Origin: Eledone cirrhosa
Taxonomy: Eukaryota
Reading direction: 5' to 3'
DNA length: 64,000 bases
Assembly (NCBI GenBank): GCA_964016885.1
Contig: OZ024741.1
Span: forward strand, 178,870,001 to 178,934,000
This document shows, piece after piece, positions 1 to 12,819 of this stretch; the stretch's first letter is position 1; the number at the start of each line of letters is the position of its first letter. Both the position numbers and the translations under genes were made by a program. A model generated the notes under the pieces. It saw only the letters and a list, made by a program, of their open reading frames with translations, was not told where the DNA came from and searched no databases.

Positions 1-1206
1 TTTTGCCGTCAAGTAGCGTGACAGAGCACGCCTCTTATCAGCCAACAAGTCTTCTATGTGTACATCATTCTCATTAAACCAGTCCTGATGTTTTATCTGC
101 ACCAATCCCAGAACACGCCTGCCTACATCATAAACCGACTTTTTAAGGGTCGGCCAATCCTCACCAAGATCTGCAGCCTGCATCTCTTCTTCCAATGTCC
201 TCTTCGCATTTTTATCCTTAAGACGAACAGCATTCAATCTTTTGGGCAGGGTAACACCAGGAGCCCGGATTTTACGTTTGGTGATTAGTTTCACTTTTGC
301 GCGTACCAGGCGGTGGTCCGTCCAGCACTCAGCTCCACGAAGAACACGAACACACTGCACATCCTGTCTGTCACGCATCCTGACTAGGACGTAGTCCAAA
401 AGATGCCATTCCTTAGATGCAAGATGCATCCATGTGGTCTTGAATTTGTTCTTTTGTTGGAACATGGTGTTGGTAACGCACAGATCCAGCTCCTCACACA
501 TCTGCAGCAGGAGCATACCATTGCTGTTACACTTTCCCACCCCATGCCTTCCGATTACATTCCATGTGTTAAAATCCCTACCCACTCTAGCATTAAAGTC
601 ACCAAGCACGATGACTTTGTCTGCCTGAGGGATATTTCTTAGAACACCTTTCAAGGCATGGTAAAAGGGCAGTTTTTCTTCATCGACAGAATTCATAGTT
701 GGAGCATACACACTCACCAGGGTAGCATATCTTCCTCTTTCCAGCGGAACTCTCATGGACATAAGACGCTCACTAATCCCTACTGGGAATTCTTCTAATT
801 TATTGACAAGTACAGTCTTAACAGCAAATCCTACCCCAGCCTCTCTTCTGGTTCCTTCATCTCTTCCTTTCCAGAAGAATGTATATTCTCCACAAAATTC
901 CGTAAGATGACCATCTCCAGCTAACCTCGTCTCAGATAAAGCCACGATGTCAAGATCGTAACGTCGAAGCTCCTTTGCAACAAGAGCGGTCCTTCGTTCA
1001 GGACGCTTCAAGGAATCCCTGTCAAGCAGCGTCCGTACGTTCCAGCAGCCAAGACTAAATGCCTTGTTTGGCTCTATTACAATGGCACGATGACGAGCGG
1101 GCCCAAGCTGTGATAACTTGGGGCCCCTGTCCTTACTGCCAATGATCTTTTTTGTTCCAGAACCTAAATTGCCAATTATCTCTTTTACATTGTTCTGGAA
1201 CATCAT
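1..1206 (-). CDS. RTE-clade LINE ORF, N-terminal APE endonuclease region; open to the window edge and missing from the ORF track
   Basis: Manual minus-strand translation from ATG 1206 has no stop down to base 1: MMFQNNV...FSLGCWNVRTLLD...PERRTALVAKELRRYDLDIVALSETRL...VSVYAPT...VIVLGDFNARVG...TTWMH...WHLLDYVLVR...GAECWTDHRLVR...KHQDWFNEND. These are diagnostic RTE endonuclease motifs. Confidence 0.93.
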   Translation of the reverse strand, partial: MMFQNNVKEIIGNLGSGTKKIIGSKDRGPKLSQLGPARHRAIVIEPNKAFSLGCWNVRTLLDRDSLKRPERRTALVAKELRRYDLDIVALSETRLAGDGHLTEFCGEYTFFWKGRDEGTRREAGVGFAVKTVLVNKLEEFPVGISERLMSMRVPLERGRYATLVSVYAPTMNSVDEEKLPFYHALKGVLRNIPQADKVIVLGDFNARVGRDFNTWNVIGRHGVGKCNSNGMLLLQMCEELDLCVTNTMFQQKNKFKTTWMHLASKEWHLLDYVLVRMRDRQDVQCVRVLRGAECWTDHRLVRAKVKLITKRKIRAPGVTLPKRLNAVRLKDKNAKRTLEEEMQAADLGEDWPTLKKSVYDVGRRVLGLVQIKHQDWFNENDVHIEDLLADKRRALSRYLTAK

Positions 1207-1575
1207 TGAATTGGAAAAAAAAAAAAAAAAAAAAGTAATAATAATAGTAATAATAATAATAATAATAGTAGTACACTATTAATAATTATTAATGCACTCG
1301 TGCAATGCCTGTGCGTGACGAATATTTTTAAAGTGAAGAAAGACTGTGCACTGAGCCAATCCCACTCTCTGAGCGACAGTAGCTATAACCCGAAAAGAAG
1401 AAAAGATCAACATCATCGGTAACTACTGAGCCGCAGGTTTTATATCGGAATTAACCCAGTTTCCTGAGATGCCTTCTCCTAGAAGAATGCCCTGACAAGG
1501 GCTAGGGGTTCTTCACTCCCAGTGGTTTAACTGCGCGATCGGGCATCCAGCCCGATTATTTCTATGTCCCCGCGC
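1207..1575 (-). mobile_element. 5' UTR of the RTE element (5' boundary approximate)
   Basis: Lies directly upstream of the ORF. Reverse complement contains ccctagcccttgtcagggcattcttctaggagaagg...ccgatataaaacctgc...agagagtgggattggct...gcacaggcattgc, visibly homologous to 21420-21610. Confidence 0.7.
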
Positions 1576-1743
1576 AAAAAAAAAAAAAAAAAAACTCACT
1601 TAATGACACTTATACGTACGACATACACACACACACGCATACATATGCGCGCACACAGCAACACATACATACAAACAAACACACACACACACGCTACTCT
1701 ACTCACTTACACGCACACACACACTACTCTACTCACTTACACG

Positions 1744-1816
<73 letters not shown>

Positions 1817-1939
1817 CCGTCATTACTGATACAAGATTACAAGATTATGTCAACTGTTGACTTTCAAGAGTTTGTATAGTTGAAGCCGATCGTATTACAG
1901 TCCAGTATTATTATAATTGCTTTACAGCATAGAGTTATG

Positions 1940-2075
1940 GCTCTCCACGCTCTGAGCTCAAATCCCGCCGAGATCAACCTTGCCCTTCATCCCCACGAAG
2001 TCAACAAAAGAGAGTACCAGTGATGCGCTGGGCCAGTCGCTGGATCCGTGCCAAAAGCAGAAAAATTATTATTAA
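1940..2075 (+). mobile_element. tRNA-derived SINE (Nin/Deu-like core), partial
   Basis: B-box-like ctgagctcaaatcccgccgag followed by the core tgcccttcatcccc..gtcaacaaaagagagtaccag; same family as 19767-19955. Confidence 0.7.
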
Positions 2076-2845
2076 AGTTGTTTTCTTAAGGCCCGGTCGC
2101 TGGTGATGGTGATGGCGGCGGCGGTGGCGGTGGTGGTGGTGGTGGCAGTTGATGTTGTTGTTGTGTTGTGTGCGTGTGTGTGTCTGTTTTGTTATTTTGA
2201 GTTTTTTTTTTGTTTTTTTTTTCCTTCCCTTTTCTTTTCTTTTCTTTTCCCTTCCTTTTTTTTATGTTTTGATGCCGCTGTTGTTGTAAATGTTCATTTC
2301 AGTTCATTCTGAAGCTGTTGTTGCTGTAAACATTAGTGCCGGTGTTGTTGTTGTTGTAGATGTTGGGGTTGAAATCTGGTCGTTTGACTGAGTGATGTAT
2401 ATACACACATATACATACACACACACATATATATATATATACACGTTCAACAGAGAGTAGAGAGTTTGACAACAAGTCGATGACTTTAGTCTAGATAGGG
2501 TATGGTATGGTAATGACATGTGATGGTGGGGAGAGAGTGTAGACGTTATTGTGGTGGTGGGGACAGTGAGATGTATCTAGTTCATTTGACCGTTTTCTTC
2601 TCTTTGCAAAATTTGAATTTTAGCCATGTTATATTGAGATGTAAGTAAATGTAAAATGTAAAATATAAATAAGGATTGCTCTGCTAAAATATACTAAAAT
2701 ATTTGTGTAACTTCCACAAACTTCTGTCGTGACATTCCCGAGTCCAGTGACCAAAAGGTTGTTGTATTTTGATGTTTCAGAATACAAAAATTAATTAAAA
2801 ACTTACCCCACGAAAAGACAGCGTTGTCCTATCTATAAGCTCCCT

Positions 2846-3099
2846 CATACATACATACATGCATACATACATACATACATACATACATACATACATACAT
2901 ACATACATACATACATACATACATACATACATACATACATACATGCATGCATGCATGCATGCATGCATGCATGCATACATACATACATACATACATACAT
3001 ACATACATACATACATACATACATACATACATACATGCATGCATGCATGCATGCATGCATGCATGCATCCATCCATCCATCCATACATACATACATACA

Positions 3100-3127
<28 letters not shown>
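2846..3127. repeat. Compound (CATA)n/(CATG)n/(CATC)n microsatellite
   Basis: Read directly; the CATA-CATG block pattern occurs twice. Confidence 0.97.
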
Positions 3128-3130
<3 letters not shown>

Positions 3131-3535
3131 GATCAATGTTTGAATGTTGATTATGTGAATGGAATTTTCGAAAGTCGATTTGATAGAAACAGTTAGAAAC
3201 ATATTGTTTAGATCGATTGCGTTGTTAGTATCATAAAGATATCAGCTAGATCGATAGAGTTTACAGCAAAATCGATATAAAGCCGGCACATACAAGCTAA
3301 ACATGTTGACTTGGCGTTAATAGAAGACGATTAAATACCTAAAATTGTCTAGTGAATTGACACTGCCTGTTTATTTCATGTAAAGCTCATGTAGAAATAG
3401 TTTATATAAGGAGTAATTTGATCTTTAAACAGCAATTAAGCAGCATATGTATATACTTTATTGCGTAATGTACACGTAGCTGATTGTACCCTAAGTGAAT
3501 GATAATATGTGACGATATATATGTTTATATATATA

Positions 3536-3537
<2 letters not shown>

Positions 3538-3630
<93 letters not shown>

Positions 3631-3701
3631 CTATATTTATATTTATTTACATTCATACATATATAAAGAGAGAGAGAGAGAGAAAGAGACAGATTGATAG
3701 A

Positions 3702-3750
<49 letters not shown>
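3538..3750. repeat. (GT)n, (GA)n and (GATA)n microsatellites
   Basis: Read directly; the (GATA)n at ~3702-3750 abuts the 3' end of a Tx1-like LINE. Confidence 0.95.
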
Positions 3751-3752
<2 letters not shown>

Positions 3753-5020
3753 TGTTTCTTTATTAGCCACAGGGGCACAAAAGAAGGGGACAAATACAAA
3801 GGGGGAAGTTTACATACAATAAAAACGTGTAAAATGTTATCACAAATGCAATTTAAAAAATTAGTCCATTTCCCCAATAGGGGGAGACAGTTCATATGGG
3901 TAACACATACCCCCGAAAAAATGTGCAACCCTCATCTCCAGGAGTACGAAGAGTTTGTACCCCTTTCCTCTCTTCCTCCTTTTCATCAACCTACAGGCTG
4001 ATATAGAGAGAAGGCCCATTAACTCGAGCCATTCTCGCCACTTTCACCCACCTTTCATAAAATTTGCTGGGGTACAGCACCTCTCTCTCCATCCTGATTC
4101 TTCTTCCAAAGTGGTATTTGAAAAAAAGAATCAGTTGTTGACCGGAAGAAAGGTATCCACCTCAGTCCTTTTAACCTCGTCCACCATACAACCTCTTTCG
4201 CCATAGCTATCACACAAAGGAAAACCGCTTCTCCTTCGTTTTTGAAGGAGGGTGGCGGTTTGATCATGACAATGGACTTGGTGGTCAACCGGATTGGTCC
4301 CATCCGCGACAATAGTCGCTCTACATAGCCTCACAGGTCGGTAATGCCCGGGAAGTGTATGAATGCGTGCGCGACAGTTTCTTCGTCTCGCACGCATCTC
4401 CGACAGATCTTTTTCGAAGGGTCCCTGCCCGGGCGCCCGTGTCTGTAGAGCTTGTCTCGAACTGGTAGAGCTCCTCGGTAGTACTTCCAGGCCAGGGACT
4501 TTTCGAAGTTGTCCATCGGTCCCGGGCAGAAGGTCCTACCGAACAGACTGGCCAGTTCGTCTTCCTCTACGCCTAGAGTTTCTCCGAGCGCGTCGTCGCA
4601 CTTGCTGCGAGCCAACCCTCTATAGAATGACGAAGTGGAGTCTCCACTGATCGCTGGGTCCGCCTGCCAGAGGGCTGTGAGCGCCTGAGCACATTCGATG
4701 TGCCAGTCGCCCATTTTCCTCGGTCTTTTCTTGACCCAGGACTGCAGCTCGGTCAGCGAGACGAGTCGTGGAAAGGCTCTCCTCGTGAACGGGGCCCACA
4801 CCGGTTGTCCGGTGAGGAATATGTGGATGTGCCGCAGCCTGAACGCGTGTTTGCGCATTGTCAGCCATGGCACCCCAGCCCTCCGTTGGAAGGTTGTTGG
4901 CAGCTGATGGATCTTCTCACCAAAGGAGCCCGTTTCTACCAAAGGAATTGGCAGAGCGCGCGCTCCATTTTGGTGAGCTTTTGGCTAGACAAGGCACGAC
5001 GGTCAAGCGGTAGTAGATGA
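3751..5020 (-). mobile_element. 5'-truncated, frameshifted Tx1/L1-clade LINE, a diverged relative of the elements at 30235-41946
   Basis: ORF 4331..4942 (PWLTMRKHAFRLRH...ALPVRDKLYRHGRPGRDPSKKICRRCVRDEETVAHA) aligns by eye with the ORF2 C-terminus of 36343..39780. The 3' UTR (aaagaaggggacaaatacaaaggggg) and the AATAAA before (TCTA)n are shared. Confidence 0.93.
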
Positions 5021-5345
5021 TTCCCTTTCGAAGGAGGTAAATCCCTCATCTGGGATGTGACATGCTGTGACACGTTCTCCACCTCCAGCTTAGCCGCCTT
5101 GGCCACAAACCCTGATACTGCGGCTCGCAATGCAGTGGCCGGGAAAACAAGCAATTACCGGAGATTGTCCGGCCGCTTCCTCTTTATATCGGTCACCGGA
5201 CTGCTGACCTACTCCGTAAAATCAAGATCGATATCAGCCTGCAAGAGGAAGGGGTTCCGCGAGCCGGGGCGGAAGTTGCAGCATGTGTCGCTGGCTACTG
5301 TACGCGGAAATGGCTTTGCCATCTTGTTGGCGATGCGCAGCTGAA
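5021..5345 (+). mobile_element. 3' fragment of a CRE-like non-LTR retrotransposon (restriction-like endonuclease region)
   Basis: FPFEGGKSLIWDVTCCDTF...AARNAVAGKTSNYRRLSGRFLF...LQHVSLATVRGNGFAIL resembles the CRE-type C-terminal pattern PWxxGKxLxWDVTCxDT...AAxxAExxKxxKY...QRxSxAxQRGNA. Confidence 0.7.
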
Positions 5346-5984
5346 ATACCGCTATGACCTAGGTGTAGAGTATGTCACCCTCTCTCTTCCTCCATTCTTT
5401 CTTCTTTTGTCTAGTAACCCTTGCTCTTCCCCTCCTTTTCCCCTTATTCGTGACAGTTATAGTCCTTTTCTAATGCTGCTTTCTTTTCATGTATGTTTAA
5501 CCAAATAATTTTTGTTTCTATCTGAAACATGTATAAAAGATATTGTATTTAGGGCTCACCTTCAGAAGCAAACATACAAAGTGTATGCGAGTGATATATA
5601 TATACATGGTGGGTGGTTGCTACAAGTTTTGACATTGCCGCAATCAGTTGTGAACTGCAAGCATTCGAGAAATTTCAATTTATATATGTGTGTATGCGTG
5701 TGTGTATGTGTGTGTGTGCGCGTGCGTGTGTGTGTAAATGTTATACAGGTAAAAAATATTCTATCATCAGAATCAAATAATAATTGAGTTCATTCCAATC
5801 ACAAATATAAGTGTGAGTGTGGGGTGGTGTGCGCGCGCGTCTGTGTGCATATTCGTAAACGTATCCAGTATATATATACGTTGTCACTTGACACTTGACA
5901 AAGAAGGTCGAGTTTACTACTTCAATAGCTAAATTACACCAGAACAGAGGTTTGGTAGCTGATCTGTTCCCGGGAAAGTCTGAT

Positions 5985-6114
5985 TCCTCGCTGATGAAGC
6001 TGCTCTTGGCCAATTAAATAATGCTTAATAGCATTACCTAATTTCTGTTCACTGCCGTTCCTTTTGACTGTCGCCAACATAGGAGTTAGCAGAAACTAAT
6101 GCTTTAGTCCGGGA
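5985..6114 (+). ncRNA. Type I hammerhead ribozyme with long stem II
   Basis: Stem I ctcg/cggg; CUGAUGA 5991-5997; stem II gct-gctc-ttggc ... gccaa-gagt-agc; GAAA 6092-6095; stem III ctaa-tgct-ttag; GUC 6107-6109. Confidence 0.75.
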
Positions 6115-6301
6115 CCAGAAAATCACATTTTCTACCCCCACGAAATCGTTTTTTCACCATTTAACGTGTTAGTGTGGACTCTAATTTCCTCCAGCTGGTA
6201 TCTTAATGATACAGAATTAATTAAATTATTGAATGAGTGGGAAAACGATCGAAGATACATCGCTCCTATTCGATAGCTTCGTTTCAGTATTATTATTATT
6301 G

Positions 6302-6427
<126 letters not shown>

Positions 6428-6639
6428 ATTACCTTTTTATGATGTCTACTGTTTTATTAATCATTCTTTATCTACACACCGGAATATCGAAGAATCGGAA
6501 ACCAAGTTTCTTTAACTGTTCTTTTGTAACTCGTTGAGTAACCCCTCACCGTACCTCGACTCTATCTAGTGGAGTAATTAACTATTACTGCATTCAGGAT
6601 AATCCTAACCATTTCTTGCATAACCTAATATATATATAT

Positions 6640-7770
6640 ACTAACACCCACTAACACTTCTTCATCAAACTACACACACACCAGTACACCACACTCCCTC
6701 CATAGAACCACACACACCCCTCTCTCCCCGCTCCACCCACATCCTCACTCCACACTCACTCATCTCACTAACACCCCTACTAATTCACACACACAAACCC
6801 TCCTCACTCCAACTTTCACACCTACCCATCCTCGCCCCTTTACCATTTCACCGACTGCTGCTATGCCCTCTGACCACCTCCCAGCACAAACAGACCACAG
6901 CACTCCCACTGCTGACCACTTCCTGTTGCGCGCGCACCCCACATCTCTCCTCTTCCGACCATCGCTTCATGGAATACCCACACGCAGAAATTGACCAACA
7001 ACCAATCCACTAAACATCTTCGGAATTTACCAACTTTTCAACCATCCTCTTACGTAATCACCTATATAACTCACCCACACACACACCCCAAAAAAGATTT
7101 TTCTCCACACGCCACCTACACCCACAACACGCTTAAACCCCACACATACGTGCTTTCCACCACATATTTACACCCTCAGCCTCCTGATTCCTCTCCCCCC
7201 ACCCCTCTATCCACACACGCACAGACACTCCGACCCCCCCCCCACACACACACACACACACACAGACCTCTTCCTGAACATGCAACCCCGTTCTTCCCCC
7301 AACCCTTACTTTCACATACACACACACACACACACACGCACACACACACACACACACCACCTTCAGCCCTCCCCGCTCGGACACCCCGTCTCCCTCTCCC
7401 CACTCCACCCGCCACCACCCCTACACACCCCACACCCTTCCACCACCTGTTTACCCCCCTTTTAATTTCAGTTTATTTTGATCATGCCTTTATTTTTAAA
7501 TTTTCTCATTCCTTGTATTTTGATCATGCCTTATTTTTATTTTTATCTTTATTTTTTATTTTTTCATTCGCACCGTTTCCTTTCGCTATATGTCTCTCCA
7601 CCACTCCCCTACACACCCTTTGAACTCTGTTCCCACACACTTCCCACCTGAGGAAGGGCTTATGCCCGAAACGTCGTCCCCCCACCAACACCCCACTCTC
7701 CAGAGCGTGAAATTAATAAACATTTGTTGTACTGCCTCTCTGTTTTGTCCCTGTTCAAATTTTTCCATTA
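6640..7770 (+). mobile_element. Decayed Penelope-like element 3' region / pseudo-LTR
   Basis: C/A-rich tract ends in a minimal HHR, AATAAA and a tail (agcgtgaaattaataaacatttgttgtactgcctctctg) shared with 20310-20420 and 61020-61085. Flanked by (TA)n. Confidence 0.55.
7644..7680 (+). ncRNA. Minimal PLE-type hammerhead motif
   Basis: CUGAGGA-a-GGGC-uuau-GCCC-GAAA-C-GUC; stem III reduced to the palindrome ACGU; stem I weak. Confidence 0.65.
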
Positions 7771-7802
7771 TATATATCTATATATATATATATATATATA
7801 GG

Positions 7803-7991
7803 AACGAGTAGGACCCCGACGGCTGAGCTCAAGCCGTTTCGACGGCTAATTCTGGACTCAGAATTAGCCGTCGAAACGGCTTGAGCTCAGCCGTCGGGGT
7901 CCTACTCGTTTCGATTACCCACTCTACTACCCTAAGTATTGAGTACTTTGGTGCGTTATGGTCCACCTGGTTCCTTACCACATTTCCTTCG

Positions 7992-7993
<2 letters not shown>
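7803..7993 (+). mobile_element. PLE-type fold-back relic: 52 bp perfect inverted repeat (7803-7854/7859-7910) plus tail
   Basis: Arms hold the 3' half of the hammerhead seen intact at 60841-60934. The tail matches 48716-48810 and 59272-59365. Confidence 0.8.
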
Positions 7994-8045
<52 letters not shown>

Positions 8046-8075
8046 TTGTGTGTGTGTGTGTGTTTATGTGTGTGA

Positions 8076-8366
8076 ATTTCGTATATCTAAAGATATACAG
8101 TATGTTTAATAAATAAACATTTTGAAAGCCCAGCTATGAATAGAACATTGACGGCTAGCGGCGTCTAGCGGAATCTGCAGAAACAGCGGGAAATAATTGT
8201 CTATGCATTTCGAACTTAGAAATTTATCCCCGCTGCTTCTGCTGGAATTTTCTAACCGGTGTTAGCCGTCAGCCTTCTATTCTTAGCTGGGCTTTCAAAC
8301 TGTCTATTTATTAAACATACCGTATATCTTTATTAAACATACCGTATATCTTTAGATATACGAAAT
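8076..8366. mobile_element. MITE-like imperfect palindrome (~290 bp)
   Basis: Terminal IR atttcgtatatctaaagatatac/gtatatctttagatatacgaaat; internal pairs tttgaaagcccagcta/tagctgggctttcaaa, tgacggcta/tagccgtca, cagcggg/cccgctg; a short tandem duplication in the right arm. Confidence 0.75.
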
Positions 8367-10170
8367 CATATACATATATGTATAAAGTTATGTCGATGCT
8401 AAATTCTAATTATACATATACATATAGGGGGGACAATATCTGTGTACACATATATATCATTTCCTATGCACAGACTAAATACATGATGCATACATGTAAA
8501 TCTATATAACCCGAAGCATATTTCTTTTGCAGTTTAACTGAATCAGACAAATAGTGACGGAGGTATGAAACTGTAATTAGAATTTTTAATACAAATTGTA
8601 TATTATATAACAAATGTATTAAAAAGGAAAATGATGAATAAACTTCAGTCAAAGCCATGTAATCACTATTGAAATAACAATAACTTCACGGCGACAGCTG
8701 ATCGTGTTAGGAAGTTAATTTGAATATGCAAGTTATAATGGATAAGATATTCATTTCTTTTCTTCTTTCTTATTCTATGAATATTGGTAGTATAAAGTTT
8801 ATAGAATATGAATTATCGTTTAGACTTTAACTGACTCTTTCAACGCATCTTCATTACTCTTCTGCAGAGTAACGCTCACCTGTGGTTTTGAACTTCAGAG
8901 CTAATGTTGATTCCTGCCGTTAATTGTTAATCAATATATAACTGTTACCACTAGTCAATATATATGTAACTATGTGTGTGTGTGTATGTGTGTGTGTGTG
9001 TACATACATACATACTCACTAATCTTTTTCATCATTCTAATTATACGTGTGTTTTTCTGGTTGAGCAAAGCCCGGAGCTTATCCCGGCTTCATGAGCATT
9101 AATTGATTGGTTAACCGCAGAGTTAACCCTCAGCTACTTCTGGCAATCATTTTCAACTGAGTGAAGTGAGATAGAGCAGCCTGAAATAAACTACTTTGCT
9201 CAAGGACACTGCATGCCATTCTCTCTGAGAATAGAATGCATTCTTCTTACCATGTCCACAAGAGTGTCAGTTACAAAGCTTGGCTAGATGTGGTTCCGCC
9301 ACAGCTAAACAGATTGTTGTCCTTTCTCATTAAACTCTGCCAAATCCAATGATGTGCAGGGGCGTTCCAGCAGGGGGCATATCAGGAGGTGCTGCCAGAT
9401 TGACTTTTACACGCCCAACACCAGATCTTAGTCTGTTTATGCATAGTTTGTATCTGCTCCAGGGGGAAGTGTCTCGTTTACCTTTAGCTCCATTGTTGTT
9501 ACTGATGGGAGGTTGTTAAGCTTAATCAACTTACTAATGAGAATGTTAGATATTTTACTAACTTTCTCAAACTTTTTCATTACTTTCAAAATTGAAACAT
9601 TGACAGTAAATTTTATAAGAAATATGGTAACAAATGGGTTAAGACAACTACCACTCTTTTACCTCATACTATTAAAATCAAAATCATTAATTTAATCGTC
9701 ACACATATACTTAAAGTTCAAGTAGATCAATAAATTTAAATTTCTATTGCGAACTTTTTTATAAATTCGTTTCCGGACATTTATATTCACGGAGTATGAT
9801 TTAAACAATAAATAATATTTATGTACGTATTCTTACATTAATGCATTTTTTAAATATCACCTATTAGTGTAATTGTGTTCTTCCGTCTTCAAATGACTTT
9901 TGTATATTAAGTATTGTTTCTTTATATCTGTCATAATTTGAAATCATATCTAAAAAGAAACAATTAATTATATCTTTATTCGATGTTTTAAATATAAAAT
10001 CTCAATTTTCCCTTTACCTCATTAATGTCCCTCAGATTTTTCGCCTGAATTAAACAGTTTGTGTGTTTAAGGTTCTAAGTGCATGTGCACATAGGTATAG
10101 ATATGAGTACAGATGTGATATACAGATTTTAGTGCATGCATGTACGTATGCACATGTGTGTATATATATA

Positions 10171-10266
<96 letters not shown>

Positions 10267-10414
10267 ATATATCTGAGTATGCACAAGAACATACGTATAT
10301 TTATTTATAACCATGTAACTTCAAAACAGCAAACATAACCTTATTGGACATTCACGTCCCTATACAAGTAGACATATATCTAGAAATAAAAAAGAAACTG
10401 ATATAAAACATAAT

Positions 10415-10592
10415 TATTTCTACTTTTGGCACAAGGCCAACAATTACCCAGTTCATTACTTTATTTTATCGACCCCGTAAGGATGAAAGGCAAAGTTAAC
10501 CTCGGCGGGATTTGAACTCAGATCATAAAGGGCTGTAACTCTTTGCTGCAAAGCATGGCGTCCGACCCTCTACCGATACTGCCAATCCACCA
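10415..10592 (-). mobile_element. tRNA-derived SINE (Nin/Deu-like core)
   Basis: Reverse complement has A-box tggcagtatcgg, B-box gagttcaaatccc and core gcctttcatccttacggggtcgataaaataaagta. Confidence 0.85.
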
Positions 10593-11242
10593 AGTTTATA
10601 GACACAGTCACACGCAAACCATTGATAAACCTTCCCAAATGAACACAATGTACATCCGCCACAGAAGGAGCTAAGTTGGAATGAAAGCTTTCCACAACGA
10701 TCTCATCTCATGTCGTAGAAAAATACGATTATTTACAAATATTTTGCCTGGTGAAAGGATAGGCTTGACTAATCTTGAAACATGTGCACAACTTACTTGA
10801 AAGCTGTCGAATAAAACGCAAGTTTGAGTTCTTTGCACACTTTTGGATACTCAAACTAATACATTATATACAGAATATTTCCTTTGTCCCTGAAAACAAT
10901 TTTGTTCTATGTGAAGAAACACACCACTTCTGATACTACTACCATGACTACACACCTTTCCCTCTATACACAAGAGTTTATTTTTCTGTCTCCTTCTCAA
11001 CACTTAATTTTAAATCTTTAATTTTTAGTTTTTAATTCTTATTAATTTTTTTTAATTGTAATACTCAAGATTTGATAAGATGAATTTTACTAATACATAG
11101 AAACCGATTGTACTTTATTATAAAACTCTTTTTCTAAAAGAATTGTCCCTCTCATTCTTTCAATAAAAGTCACTTTCACGAATCAAAGAAAAACAGAAAA
11201 ACAGACCCTAAAATATATTTTCCGTGCTATTTCCAATTTCAC

Positions 11243-11335
<93 letters not shown>

Positions 11336-11554
11336 GTGTGTGTGTGTATAACTAAGACTGTATATGCCTCAAATAGACTGTGAACAAAACCTGAGCAAAC
11401 CAATGCCAACCGTGAACCCAAGCAGACGCATACAATCATTTAATAATCAACTTTATTCCTAAAATCATACATCAGACATTAATTAAATTCTAACAGGACC
11501 TTCAAAACCTTCAACCTTTCCAGTTAAACAACAACTAGTTTGCTCTAATTACTG

Positions 11555-12058
11555 GAGATTGTCGAGTCCAAGCTAACTGACGAAAAGTGTGGTTGCGGAC
11601 GTAACACAGCCAACCAAATATTCTCACTCCAGTAGGTCTTTAAGAAATCGTGGGAGTAATGTCAAGAGGTGTATTCTTGTTTTTTAGACCGTCGAAAAGG
11701 TATAAAACAGCGTTACGCGCGACCTACTGTGGAAGGCGCTGCAGGCGTATGGGTCGATGGTCAGCTTCTTGTTGCCCAGAGTATTTGTGTTCTGATAAAT
11801 GGTGCTAAATCAAAGTCATTCAATATAAGTGTTATGCTCTACCAAGGGTACGCACTGTCACCTCTCTTGTTCATTATTTTCATGAACATAATTAACGTGC
11901 CCAGCCTGGTTAGGAGTTGTGTCACGACTGGCAGCTGTAGGATCAATCGGCTGGAATTTGCAGACGACATGGTATTACTTAACTCGTCAGAAGGTGGTCT
12001 CAGACATGCACTTGATAGGTTTGATGCCGAATGCTACATGGTTGGGATGAATATTTGA
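11555..12058 (+). pseudogene. Decayed RTE-type reverse transcriptase fragment
   Basis: QIFSLQ*VFKKSWE*..VYSCFLD...LYQGYALSPLLFIIFMN...INRLEFADDMVLL...LDRFDAECYMVGMNI, with stops. Confidence 0.85.
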
Positions 12059-12642
12059 TACTTTTCATAGTTAAACTAACCAGTATTTTCGTGAGTTAGT
12101 AAGATTTACTGTACCTGTAGCCCTTAGGAGCTAAAGCGCTGTTTTTTGGAGGGTTGTTTCCAAGCCTGGAATATGTTTCAACAACATGCTGTCCACAACG
12201 AGCTGTCTACAAGTTTGAACAACCAATGTTCAAAAAACGACAACTCTGCATAGAAAATTACGAAGCGAACTTCCCACTTTTAAAACATTTAATACCACAT
12301 TCACAAGAACAATTAGATAAAACAAACACAACAATGACAACAACACTATCATGAGCACCCCACCATCACTACAACTACTGCGCTTTTCATTGGTAGTGGT
12401 GGCGGTTTTGTTGTAGATATATCTGTATTTGTCTTGGGTGTGTTTCTTGTGTTTTCTGGTGTGTGTTGGTGTAAGGTGAAATAAGATGTTTTTGTACTTT
12501 TCTTTTGATTTTTGGGGGGGTTACCTCAAATATTCAATTCGAAATGAGGAGGTACCGTGTCTGTGGAATCTATGTAGGGTGTGGGTGGGAGTGTGTTTGT
12601 GTTTGTGCTAGTGTCTATGTGTGTGTTTGTGTTTAGAGGAGA

Positions 12643-12815
12643 CGGATATATAGATATAGAGGTAGAGCGATAGATAGAGAGAGGGGTAGAGTGAGCGAGA
12701 GATAGAGAGAAAGGTAGAGCGAGAGATAGAGAGAGAGGTAGAGCGAGCGAGAGATAGAGAGAAAGGTAGAGCGAGAGATAGAGAGATAGGTAGAGCAAGA
12801 GATATGTAGAGAGAG
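12643..12815. repeat. GA-rich minisatellite (gagatagagagaaaggtagagc-like units)
   Basis: Read directly. Confidence 0.8.
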
Positions 12816-12819
12816 GAAG

